Shown here in pieces: positions 8,020 to 16,797 of a stretch of DNA of 29,517 nt. The stretch is from contig CBDFLE010000001.1 in assembly GCA_965248925.1 (NCBI GenBank), positions 1 to 29,517 on the forward strand, written 5' to 3'. The stretch's first letter is position 1; each line of letters begins with the position of its first letter. The position numbers were made by a program, and so were the translations under genes. The notes under the pieces were generated by a model that was not told the origin of the DNA, searched no databases, and saw only the letters and a program-made list of their open reading frames with translations. This DNA is from Candidatus Multivoradales bacterium (GTDB lineage Bacteria > Acidobacteriota > Thermoanaerobaculia > Multivoradales > J023).

Positions 8020-9030
8020 CTAACGAGACATCCGAGGAAGCACGTCTTTGCCCGAAGAAATGATCGCGTCACTCTTGCCCACTTTGAGCACCCACCGCTT
8101 CTTGGGTCGGCCTCGACCCGTTGAGGGGAAGAAGCCATCATGCACAATGCTGGCCTTCAACCGCCCCTTCGTCGCTAGCATGATCTCGTCGTGGTACCGC
8201 TTGAGCCGAGCAATCGCGTTCCGGTCAGGCTCTTTCCCGTCACGGAATAGGCTCATCAGCACGTCATGGGGTACAACGCTTGAGCTTCTCGCTCGGCCAC
8301 AGCGAGCAACCAGGAAGCAAGCATAGTCCCAGCCTACAGGCCGGTCGATAAACAGCCGCAGGAGATCCAGCGGCACAATCATCTGATTCTGTGCGGCTAC
8401 TAGATACGCCCAGAAGTCTCGCGAGAGCACGACGCCATACGGCGACGCTGCTAGGTCAGGATCTTCAACCAGTGCTGGCAGTACCTGCTGACCAATCCGC
8501 TCAGCCCGCAAGTCCTTACGGGTTGGCAGCGCATAGCGCCGGATCACGAAAATCTGATCACCGAAGCTATTGTCGTCCAGTTCCGCTTCCGAATGGGCAA
8601 ACGAGAGCTTGATTGAAAGCCCCGCTATCCTCCGAAATCGCTGCCGCAGTAGCTCTAGATTCTGGCCGTTCTCTACGAGACCAAACATGCGCAAGAGTTG
8701 CCCCACGCGCTCGAAATAGACCACGGGGCTATCTTGCTCGAGGGCAAGGTGCTGTATCCCTGCGAGCACAAAACGATCTTCGCCGAAGGGTAGCTCGCTG
8801 TCAGCCCGGTAGGTCACCCGGAGCCACGTATCTGCACCGAGTCTAAGGGTACGTTCGAGCAACTGCTTACCGGACCGCTTCTTCGGCAGTCCTGCCAGTG
8901 CGATGGCTCGCGCTAGGCGCAGCGCGTCGGTGCGCACCTGACGCCGCTGGCTATCTTCGAGATGGTCAGCAAACGAGGTAATCAGCTCCACTCGTCTGTT
9001 GAGTCTCGATCCTGTGCGCTGCTTTGCCAT
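8020..9030 (-). CDS. repA: Plasmid replication initiator, RepA_C-like (336 aa)
   Basis: ALAGLP, LPFGEDRFVL (cf. GLPYG..PRLLL) and VVLSRDFW...IVPLDL motifs; adjacent to iterons and DnaA boxes. Confidence 0.8.
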   Translation of the reverse strand: MAKQRTGSRLNRRVELITSFADHLEDSQRRQVRTDALRLARAIALAGLPKKRSGKQLLERTLRLGADTWLRVTYRADSELPFGEDRFVLAGIQHLALEQDSPVVYFERVGQLLRMFGLVENGQNLELLRQRFRRIAGLSIKLSFAHSEAELDDNSFGDQIFVIRRYALPTRKDLRAERIGQQVLPALVEDPDLAASPYGVVLSRDFWAYLVAAQNQMIVPLDLLRLFIDRPVGWDYACFLVARCGRARSSSVVPHDVLMSLFRDGKEPDRNAIARLKRYHDEIMLATKGRLKASIVHDGFFPSTGRGRPKKRWVLKVGKSDAIISSGKDVLPRMSR

Positions 9031-9060
9031 AACTTCTTGACACTTACACTACCACAGAGA

Positions 9061-9099
9061 TTTTCCACAGGAGTTTGTGGAATACGGGTGTTTTCCACG
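9061..9099. promoter_or_regulatory. DnaA boxes
   Basis: ttttccaca (9061-9069) matches TTWTNCACA; one-mismatch boxes at 9076-9084 (reverse) and 9091-9099. Confidence 0.65.
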
Positions 9100-9219
9100 A
9101 ATGCGAGAGTGCGTTAATAGGGTCGATCTACGAATGCGAGAGTGCGTTATTACCGGGGTCTTGCGAATCCGAAGATGCGTAATACGGGCTTCGAACGAAT
9201 GCGAGAGTGCGTTATTACC
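9097..9219 (+). repeat. Four iterons (three acgaatgcgagagtgcgtta(a/t)ta plus one degenerate)
   Basis: Starts at 9097, 9130, 9163 (degenerate) and 9195; period 32-33 bp. Confidence 0.9.
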
Positions 9220-9256
9220 CACAAACCCCTGTTCTGCGAGTGCTTTAGAGCGCCCT

Positions 9257-9303
9257 CAGAGTCTTCTTCAGAGTCTTCTTCAGAGTTACCTACACAGAGT
9301 TAG
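9257..9303 (+). repeat. CAGAGT-anchored 12-bp repeats (possible unwinding element of oriV)
   Basis: cagagtcttctt twice, then cagagttaccta and cagagttag. Confidence 0.7.
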
Positions 9304-9792
9304 TGCTCCCTCAGACTGAGGAAAACTCGCAAAACCGAGTTTCCCTCAACCCTCGGGGCACCGACGGCTAGGTCTGTGGTTTGGAGAAGTTTCAAGCTGA
9401 ATCGCTAGTGCGACCCGTTCTCTGATTTAACGATCGCCAACCCTGCCCAAACTCGGCCAAGAACGGAGAGCGTCACCGAAGCGGTCTTCCCCAAACAGCT
9501 GTGTTTCGAGGGTCGTCGAGGTTCCCGCCTAACCCTTCCTCCTTGCCAATCCGATCAGTCCCACAGCGTGCCACCACGCCGCTGCTAGCCTGCTAACCCT
9601 GCCCAAAATCAGCCGTAGAGAGCAATGAAGCCCCCCGGTTGGAGTGGGTAGGGAAGGCATGCAGAGATGACGTATCAACCCCGTTCGAAAGCCTCCGCCT
9701 GGACCGACCGGCCCACCCCATGGGGGCCTATTATTTCACCGTCAGGCTAGGATAATTGAGGCGGTCCGCCTTCTCGGGTAGATCGCCTCTTG

Positions 9793-11082
9793 CTACCACG
9801 GCGCACGGGCGCCGCAAGGCTTGCTGCGCTTGATTACCTGTCTTGCGATTTCCAGATGGGCTAGGGCAAGCTGACCAGCTTTAGCCAGTTCGCCGAGCTT
9901 AACGACAACAGCCAAAGCCAGCCGGTTGCTGCGTAAGGGAGTCGCCAGGTCTGCAAACACAGTCGCGATGGCACATGCATCGATCGGCCGGTTGAGGTCG
10001 AGTAGCGTCTCGGCCAGGTCGATGGCGGCGATCGCCTGATCCAAGGGGTTGCCCAGGTCTTCGGCCACCCCGACCAGCCGCTCGGCTGCTTGGCCAAGTT
10101 CGCCACGCTTGCGGTAGATGCTGGCCTCAGTCCACCTGATGACCGCCTCCGCTTGTTTACTGCCAGCGGGCAACTCAGCGTGTGCAAGAGCAAGTAGGTC
10201 GATTGCCTTGTCGGTATTGGTGCAGTATTTTGCCCGTGCTGCCCATGCCGTAGATCGCCATGATCCACCGTATTCTTGTGGGATCAGGCGCAGCGTTTCA
10301 GCGGCAGCCCCTAGTGCTGCTCCCACGTTGCCGGTAGCCTCCCATACCGAGATCTCATCGGCCGCCACCTTGCCGATCCCGGTTAGGTCGTGGAGGGCAC
10401 CGTAGCCGGCCGCTGCCTGTGAGCTTACTCGCAAACTGGCGCTGAATCGGCCTGTGGTGGCAATGACCACCGATACCCGCCGCAACACATCTGGACGCGC
10501 GGCCGGTGCCCACGCCGAGAGTTCTAACGCTGGCAGGTAGATCGCCGCCGCTTCGCGGGTTGCCCCCGCCAGCCGGTAAGTTGAGCCGAGTTTACCCAGT
10601 GCCGTTGCCGTGATGCCGATGGACTCCCCACCGCCCCTGCTCGACTGCTCGATCAGCGCCCGCGCTCGCCGCGCCGCTGTGGGGAGGTTCCGGCCTAGCT
10701 GGTCTTCAATGATTGCGAGCTGCCCACGCTGAACGGTTGCTCGCGCTCGGTCAACTGGAGTCCACAGCCCGTTCCTGACCGCGCGGTGGGCTGCGCGCTG
10801 GAGCTTGGCGAATTTCGGTGGTTCAACATCGCCGGCAATTTGTCGCAGTAGCAACCACGCGCCGCGCGCTTCGGAGTCTTGCGCCCAGACCTCAGCCGGT
10901 ATGCCGAGCGCTTGAAGGATCTCACCGGCCTCGCGCACCCGCAACGACATCGGGCCACGGGCGAGCACTCGGCGTAAGTGGCGGTCACCACGGCCAATGC
11001 GCTTGAGCGCCTCATCGTGCCGCCCTTGAGCATGGGCAAGGTAAGCACCTAGCAGCGCATGTGCTGCCTTCGCTTGTGGCAT
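9793..11082 (-). CDS. All-helical TPR-like protein (429 aa)
   Basis: Ala/Leu-rich repeats such as ALGKLGSTYRLAGATREA, EASIYRKRGELGQA and DQAIAAIDLAETLL; GGGGAGG SD. Confidence 0.8.
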   Translation of the reverse strand: MPQAKAAHALLGAYLAHAQGRHDEALKRIGRGDRHLRRVLARGPMSLRVREAGEILQALGIPAEVWAQDSEARGAWLLLRQIAGDVEPPKFAKLQRAAHRAVRNGLWTPVDRARATVQRGQLAIIEDQLGRNLPTAARRARALIEQSSRGGGESIGITATALGKLGSTYRLAGATREAAAIYLPALELSAWAPAARPDVLRRVSVVIATTGRFSASLRVSSQAAAGYGALHDLTGIGKVAADEISVWEATGNVGAALGAAAETLRLIPQEYGGSWRSTAWAARAKYCTNTDKAIDLLALAHAELPAGSKQAEAVIRWTEASIYRKRGELGQAAERLVGVAEDLGNPLDQAIAAIDLAETLLDLNRPIDACAIATVFADLATPLRSNRLALAVVVKLGELAKAGQLALAHLEIARQVIKRSKPCGARAPW

Positions 11083-11334
11083 GAGGCAATCCTCCCCATC
11101 TTGAAAAACATCAGAAATATTCTCTGTCTGTCAAGCATCTTAACCTGAACTAGCCGGCCATCCCTTCGGCATGGCCGATCCCTTGCGTTTTCAGCTTTCA
11201 GGCGCTGAAAAAACTAGCCTCACGCATGCTTCAGACAGTATTTCCCATCGGCCTGGCGTCGCTGAGGTCCCTTCACCCGACATGCCTTCCCTTCGGGTGC
11301 AGTGGTGCCAGGCCACCTTTTTTTCGAGTGACCG

Positions 11335-11847
11335 ATGCCACCGCCTGAAACGCTCGCCGATCTAATCAAGTTGATCAGACTTTCCGGACTGGTGAGTGTT
11401 GGGATCACGGATCATTGCTACCAGCTGGCCGTATATCTGTACGCGCCGCCAGGCTGTACCGACCCGGCCGAGATCGCGTGCCCCGGAGCGACGACCGAAG
11501 CGGCGATCGACGACGTTCGCGAAGCGCAACGTTCGGCCGCTGCCGGCGTGCAAATGCTGGAGCAACTGCGGACCACCCTTCAGCGCCATTCTCTTGGATT
11601 TGTTGGTCAGCCAGACGACGACGCGGGCGCGGCACCGCGTGCTGTGCTCTGGGCTCAGTTGAAATGGTCCGTTGCGCTGCTCGATGGGCTCATAGATCAG
11701 CTGACCGGCGTGACCCTAACCGCTGGCGGCGGAGGGCCGATTCGGTTACACGGCAAGGATGCGCCCTGCTTGTTGCCCGAGCTGCGCGACCTTCTCGCAC
11801 AGTTGTTCGGTGGTGGTGTGGGCGACGACAACGAGCCGGACGCATGA
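11335..11847 (+). CDS. Hypothetical protein (170 aa)
   Basis: Amphipathic helical composition; ATGA overlap with the next gene. Confidence 0.7.
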   Translation: MPPPETLADLIKLIRLSGLVSVGITDHCYQLAVYLYAPPGCTDPAEIACPGATTEAAIDDVREAQRSAAAGVQMLEQLRTTLQRHSLGFVGQPDDDAGAAPRAVLWAQLKWSVALLDGLIDQLTGVTLTAGGGGPIRLHGKDAPCLLPELRDLLAQLFGGGVGDDNEPDA

Positions 11848-12344
11848 CCGCCAAGACTCTGGTTTGGGATCGTGGGCAGCTGCTGATTCCGGCGCCCCTC
11901 CTGCTCGGTGAATTGTGGACAGAAGGGCCGCTGATATCTGCGGCCGAGGGCGCCTTGCTGGTGACCGCGCTACGCGGTCCCGCCGGCATTGTGTTCCTCG
12001 GTTGCGACCGCGTGCCATTCGCCCATGCTCGCGTGCTGAGCCTGCGGATATTGGATAGTCCCGCCGTCGTCAATGCCGGTCGCCAGGTCAATGCCGGCGC
12101 GCTGCTCTTGTGGTCGAGCTGCCGGCTGTCGAATGACGACTTGGCCGCCGTGTGCCCGGTGGCGCTGGCAGCACGTCAAGAACGGTTCCCAGTGCTCGAT
12201 GTTGTGGAAGTAGTACCCGGCGAGCCGGCGCGCTCGCATGCCTCGTGGCGCTCCGGCCAGAACCCGGCCGAACTGGTGGGGTGGAAGTTCCCACGATTCT
12301 CCCGCGACCCTGAGTGCAAGCGTGGCTCTCGGCCGCCGCCCTAG
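11844..12344 (+). CDS. Hypothetical protein, possibly a degenerate RadC/JAB(MPN) fold lacking metal ligands (166 aa)
   Basis: ATG 11844 overlaps the upstream stop. NAGALLLWS-xx-LSNDD...PVLDVVEV parallels RadC NAAAVILAHNHPSG..PSxxD...xVLDHIII. A paralogous fragment lies at 3068-3345. Confidence 0.65.
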   Translation: MTAKTLVWDRGQLLIPAPLLLGELWTEGPLISAAEGALLVTALRGPAGIVFLGCDRVPFAHARVLSLRILDSPAVVNAGRQVNAGALLLWSSCRLSNDDLAAVCPVALAARQERFPVLDVVEVVPGEPARSHASWRSGQNPAELVGWKFPRFSRDPECKRGSRPPP

Positions 12345-12843
12345 TTCTCCACAAGGCGTCCTGCCGCAAGGCAGGCTCGCTCGCCCGGCGGGTGGTCACA
12401 TGGCGAGCGATTCTCGCTTGCTGTTCTCCATCGTGGCCACCGGCCGGGCTCTTTTTCGCCTGGATTCCGATTTTGGGCGTGGCGTGGGAATAGGCCCTCG
12501 CTTTACCCCGCCGGCCGCGACTGTCAACAAGCGGCATCTGCCCGCCGTGGTCGCGCGCCGGTTGTTTTTGCCCCCTAGCATCGAAATTCTCTGAGTCGCT
12601 CCCTGGGAAACCGCGTCTTCGTGTTCTGTGTGGAGTCGCGAATTCGGGCAAAAAACACACAAAGCCCCTCGCGCGCTGACGCAGATAGAGCCGTGTAGCG
12701 GGCTTCCGGCCCCCTTCACGAAGTCATCGAAAAGGTCTCCCGCGTTGGGTGGGATGTCTGGTGGAGGGGTGAGAGGAGGTTGAACCATGAGCGTTCCTTG
12801 CCGAAGGTTAAGGTGCGGTAATCGTTGTTCATTGATGATTTAG

Positions 12844-12895
12844 CGAGCAGGGTTATTGCTTCGCAATAACAAATCCGCTATGCTCCCTCTGCTCG
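12844..12895 (+). other. Putative oriT
   Basis: Perfect hairpin gttattgc-ttc-gcaataac (12852-12870) nested in IR cgagcag/ctgctcg, 50 bp upstream of mobC. The nick site was not identified. Confidence 0.6.
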
Positions 12896-12945
12896 GTGCG
12901 TGGCTCCCTTCGGTCACTCCGCCACAGCCCCAGACGAGGACTTTA

Positions 12946-13299
12946 ATGGCTCGCCCCACACTCCCTGCAACCGAACGCCGCCGCCTCACCGTGGCCGGCC
13001 TCCGCGTGACCGAGGACGAGCACGCGGAGATCCTCGAACGCGCTCGCGTGGCGGGTTTGCGTCCCGCGAGCTATCTGCGCCGCGCAGCTCTCAGCCGTCA
13101 CGTCCAACCCCCGCCCGCCATACCCGAGATCAACCAGCACGGCATCGGCGAGCTGAACCGCTTGGGGAACCTGCTCAACCAGGTAACGGTCTATCTCCAC
13201 CAGGGCCAAGCCCACACCGTACCGATGGATCTGGTGCGCGACCTCTACGACCTGCTGATCGTGATTCGCCGCCAGCTGGCCGGGCAGGCGGCGACGTGA
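12946..13299 (+). CDS. mobC: MobC relaxosome accessory protein (117 aa)
   Basis: N-terminal RHH (LRVTEDEHAEILERARVAGLRPASYLRRAAL) and ELNRLGNLLNQ (LxxIGxNLNQ motif); GAGG SD. Confidence 0.92.
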   Translation: MARPTLPATERRRLTVAGLRVTEDEHAEILERARVAGLRPASYLRRAALSRHVQPPPAIPEINQHGIGELNRLGNLLNQVTVYLHQGQAHTVPMDLVRDLYDLLIVIRRQLAGQAAT

Positions 13300-14160
13300 T
13301 CGGCAAGATCTCGCCCCCCGGCAAGAGTTTTGCGGGCATCTTGAGCTACACCCTGCAAGAAGAAAAAGAGCCGCAGCTGATCGCCAGCAACATAGCCGGC
13401 AGGAATCCCAGCGAACTCGGCGCGGAGCTTCGCCGCGCCTACGGCCAGAACACGAGGGTGAAGAAGCCGGTTTTCCACGCTTCGCTCTCTTCTCCTCGGG
13501 GAGAAGAGCTGACGATCGGCCAGTGGAATCAGATTGCCACGCGCTGGGTCGATGAGATGGGCTACACGGGCTCGCCCTGGGTGGCTATCCGGCATCGCGA
13601 CACAGAGCATGACCACGTCCACATCGTCGCCAGCCGCGTCGATCGCCAGGGCAAGCGCGTTGCCGATTTCCAGGAAAAACGCCGTGGGGAAGTCAGCCTT
13701 CGCGGGCTGGAGAAAGGGATGGGTCTTCGCCAGGTACAGCCGTCGTGGGAGACGGGACAGCCGGCGTTGAACCGGGACCAGGCCGCGCAGATGTTGCGCA
13801 CCGGCCAAGCAACCCCGAAAGTCGCCGCCCGAGCGGCGATCGAACTGGCGGTGAAGGATCGGCCGACTCTGGGACAGTTCGTCCGGCGGTTGCGGCGCCA
13901 CGGTGTCGAGATACGCCTCAACGTCCAGAGCACGGGGCGCATCGCCGGAGCGAGCTTCAGAGTGGGGGAGACGACCTTGAAGGCATCCAAGGTCGGCAGG
14001 GGCTACAGCTGGGGAAAGCTCTTGGAGCGCATCGACTACGAGCCCGAACGCGACCAGCCGATGGTTGACAGGCTTCGGCTTCGCAAGACAGCAGAGCTAC
14101 AGCCTGAGATCGAGTCGGCCGCGCGCCAGGCCGAGGTGATCGCGAGCATCCAGCAAGAGC
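13296..14160 (+). pseudogene. MOB(P)-family relaxase, 5' part, interrupted by IS (frame stops at 14177 inside the IS)
   Basis: GTGA overlap with mobC; motif I GKSFAGILSY, motif II VFHASLS, motif III HRDTEHDHVHIV. Confidence 0.92.
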
Positions 14161-14228
14161 CCTCTGTGCCAATGTAAGTGAGACACTCAAGTACCGAGAA
14201 ATTAGTGAGGGTGTGGAGAGCAATCACC

Positions 14229-14642
14229 ATGGCGAGTCCAAGCCACGAGCTGCGAGATATGGGTGCTGACCGACCAGATCCCGAGGTAGCTGAGAAGGCG
14301 AAGCGGCGGCGGTACAGCGCGTCGTACAAGCTGCGCATCGTCCAGGCCGCCGACGCCTGTAGCAAGCCCGGCGAGATTGGCGCCCTGCTTCGCCAGGAGG
14401 GTCTGTATTCCTCGCTACTGTCGACGTGGCGCCGTCAGCGCGACACGGGAGCTCTGGCCGGTCTGTCGAAGAAGCGCGGTCGCAAGCGTCGACCGGTCTC
14501 TGCCGAGGCCCGCCGCGTCGCGGAGCTTGAGCGTGAGAATGCCCGGCTCAAGCATCAGCTGTACAAAGCCGAGACGATCATCGATGTCCAAAAAAAACTT
14601 TCCCGGCTGCTAGGGATCGAGCCGAGCGAGAGCCAGCCATGA
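14229..14642 (+). CDS. IS3-family transposase OrfA (HTH plus leucine zipper)
   Basis: RRRYSASYKLRIV...LLRQEGLYSSLLSTWRRQ...VAELERENARLK. Start uncertain (14178, 14229 or 14259). Confidence 0.9.
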   Translation: MASPSHELRDMGADRPDPEVAEKAKRRRYSASYKLRIVQAADACSKPGEIGALLRQEGLYSSLLSTWRRQRDTGALAGLSKKRGRKRRPVSAEARRVAELERENARLKHQLYKAETIIDVQKKLSRLLGIEPSESQP

Positions 14643-15760
14643 GCGCTGTGGCGCCGCTGGCCGAGACGGTGGGGGTGCAAGCAGCCTGCGTCGCCTTGGC
14701 GGTCCCCAGAGCCACTTTTTATCGCCGCCGTCGGCAGCAGAGCGCAGGGCCGCAGCTATCAACGCGGCCTCGACCGCCGCTGGCATTGACGCCCGCTGAA
14801 CGCCAGGAGGTCCTCGATGTGTTGCACTCGGAGCGCTTCGTCGACCGCTCGCCGCGTCAAGTCTGGGCGGCGCTGCTGGACGAGGATCAGCGCCATATCT
14901 GCTCGGTGCGCACCATGTACCGGGTCCTGGAGTCTGAGGGCGAGCTGCGCGAGCGACGCCGTCAGCGGCGTCATCCCAACTACACCAAGCCCGAACTGCT
15001 GGCCACAGGGCCGAACGAGGTGTGGTCGTGGGACATCACCAAGCTCAAGGGCCCGGTGAAGTGGACCCACTACTACCTTTACGTAATTCTGGACGTCTTC
15101 AGCCGCTACATCGTCGGCTGGATGCTCGCCTGCCGCGAGTCCGGAGGGCTCGCGAAGCGGTTGATCGCCGACAGTGTTGAGAAGCAAGGTGTTGAGCGAG
15201 ATCGACTTACCTTGCACTCGGACCGCGGTTCGAGCATGACATCCAAGCCAGTGGCTCTACTGCTGGCCGATCTCGGGATGACACGGTCGCTGAACCGGCC
15301 CTACACGAGCAACGACAATCCGTTCTCTGAGGCCCAGTTCAAGACGCTCAAGTACCATCCGAGCTTTCCCGACCGCTTCGGATCACTGGAAGATGCACGA
15401 GCATTCTGCCGCTCGTTCATCGGCTGGTACAACACGCAGCACTACCACACAGGACTCGGCTTGTTGACGCCAGAGACCGTCCACTACGGCCTCACGGCCT
15501 CAGTACTGGAGCAACGTCGAGAAGTCCTCGCCGCCGCCTCAGCCGCTCATCCAAGCCGCTTCAAGCGGCGAGCGCCGGCTTTGCCGGAGCCCAGTGACAA
15601 GGTCTGGATCAACCCGCCGACCACCGCCGCCAGCACTGACCCAGTCGATACCGAGAACGTAGTGACACACCGCGTACACAACGACGCACCAGGCGAGACC
15701 CCTGGCTGCGCGCCCTCGCTGAAAGCGATGGTGCCGGAGCCACTACCGATTCCGTACTAA
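14639..15760 (+). CDS. IS3-family transposase OrfB (DDE/rve)
   Basis: PNEVWSWDIT (D), LHSDRG (D), NPFSEAQFKTLK (E). Confidence 0.95.
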   Translation: MSAVAPLAETVGVQAACVALAVPRATFYRRRRQQSAGPQLSTRPRPPLALTPAERQEVLDVLHSERFVDRSPRQVWAALLDEDQRHICSVRTMYRVLESEGELRERRRQRRHPNYTKPELLATGPNEVWSWDITKLKGPVKWTHYYLYVILDVFSRYIVGWMLACRESGGLAKRLIADSVEKQGVERDRLTLHSDRGSSMTSKPVALLLADLGMTRSLNRPYTSNDNPFSEAQFKTLKYHPSFPDRFGSLEDARAFCRSFIGWYNTQHYHTGLGLLTPETVHYGLTASVLEQRREVLAAASAAHPSRFKRRAPALPEPSDKVWINPPTTAASTDPVDTENVVTHRVHNDAPGETPGCAPSLKAMVPEPLPIPY

Positions 15761-15800
15761 TTCCCAGAAGAAAGTGTCTCACTTTCATTGACACATTCCG

Positions 15801-16505
15801 GAGCTGGAGCAAGCCCGCAGAGAGGCGGCACAGCTCAAGGAAGCCATGGGGCAACCGCTCGGCTTCCAGTTCGATCCGGACAGCCTGGGCAACGCTGAGC
15901 GGCGCACTCGGCAAGCTCTGGAGGAGAGCGTCGCGCAGCTCGATCGCGTCTACGGAGATCCTCAGCAAGCCCGCGAGGCTCTGCGTATCGCCATTCGCGA
16001 ACGCGGTTCGGATCTGACCTTCGCCCAGCACCTGGCCGAAAGGCCGGAGGTCTTCGGCCAGCTCCGTGGTGGGTTGCTCGATCGCCGGCAAAGCCGGCAG
16101 CAGACCACCGCCTGGGCGGAGAAGCTTGGCCGCAGCAGTCACCGCCGCTTGGAGACGCTTGCAGCGATCGAGAAAGCTCGACCTATCACCCTCCGAATCG
16201 CCTCACTACGAGAGCAGCTCCCGGACGCTCGCCAGCACGGCAGAGAAGTCCAGGCACTCGCCCAGCAGCTCAGCGTGCGCAGCATCGCACCCGCACCGAT
16301 TCAGGCCGCTCTGAGGCAGCGCACTGCCGCTTCGAGCAAGGTGGCCGAGAGGTTCGCGCGGCGGGTCGGCATGAGCTTGCTGTACTCGACAGCCGGCCGA
16401 GCGCCCGTGGTCGGCACCTTGCTACACGCCGGTCGGCTCCTTCAACGCCTGCCCAGGCTTGCCCGCTTCCTGACTCAGCAGCACGACCGCAGCCGGGGTC
16501 GCTGA
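15801..16505 (+). pseudogene. Relaxase 3' part, separated from its 5' part by the IS
   Basis: In frame with 13296-14160 after IS removal (IQQ-ELEQARREAAQLKEAM...). The restored ORF is 521 aa and ends DRSRGR, a typical relaxase tail. Confidence 0.85.
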
Positions 16506-16646
16506 GATCGGTTTGGGCGGCAGAGGCGAACGGGATTCGCACTGTTTGCCGGGCGAGTGAAGGACCGGGTGGAAACGGGGCTGCCAAGAAGACATGCTGC
16601 GATCTTATCCGAACCGGGAACCCCCTCCTTAGATGCTCTGGGAGGG

Positions 16647-16698
16647 CGGACAATGCCGGTCTTTGCGATGGGACAGGGCGCACAATGACTATTGTCCG
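16647..16698. other. res-like inverted half-sites
   Basis: cggacaat (16647-16654) and attgtccg (16691-16698); TGTCCG resembles Tn3/gamma-delta resolvase half-sites. Confidence 0.35.
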
Positions 16699-16797
16699 AA
16701 CCGATTATCCGCCCTCAACGGTCACCCCAACCCCCTTTCGCCCCCCACGACGCAGAAAGTTACGCTAAGAGCCGCACTTACGCCCCTCTACCGCCAG

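Larger units (their letters stand above)
14161..15800 (+). mobile_element. IS3-family insertion sequence, 1,640 bp, 4-bp target duplication GAGC
   Basis: GAGC at 14157-14160 and 15801-15804; IRs tgtg(c/t)caatg(t/a)aagtgagacact start at 14165 and end at 15795; excision restores the relaxase frame. Confidence 0.92.

Noticed and set aside
9097-9219. Regularly spaced repeats as a CRISPR array
   Set aside because: Spacers are only about 10 bp, there are no cas genes, and the position beside repA and DnaA boxes indicates iterons.
11415-11843. N-terminal half of the 309-aa ORF
   Set aside because: Arg-rich shadow frame of the 170-aa gene; the likely start is ATG 11844.
12396-12788. 130-aa minus-strand ORF
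   Set aside because: No recognisable motif or SD; it starts inside the shared non-coding motif, whose other copy has a frame-breaking 4-nt insertion.
12787-12843. 18-codon ORF (MSVPCRRLRCGNRCSLMI) behind a strong GAGGAGG
   Set aside because: The ATG is CTG in the homologous motif at 3777-3834 and nothing else supports it.
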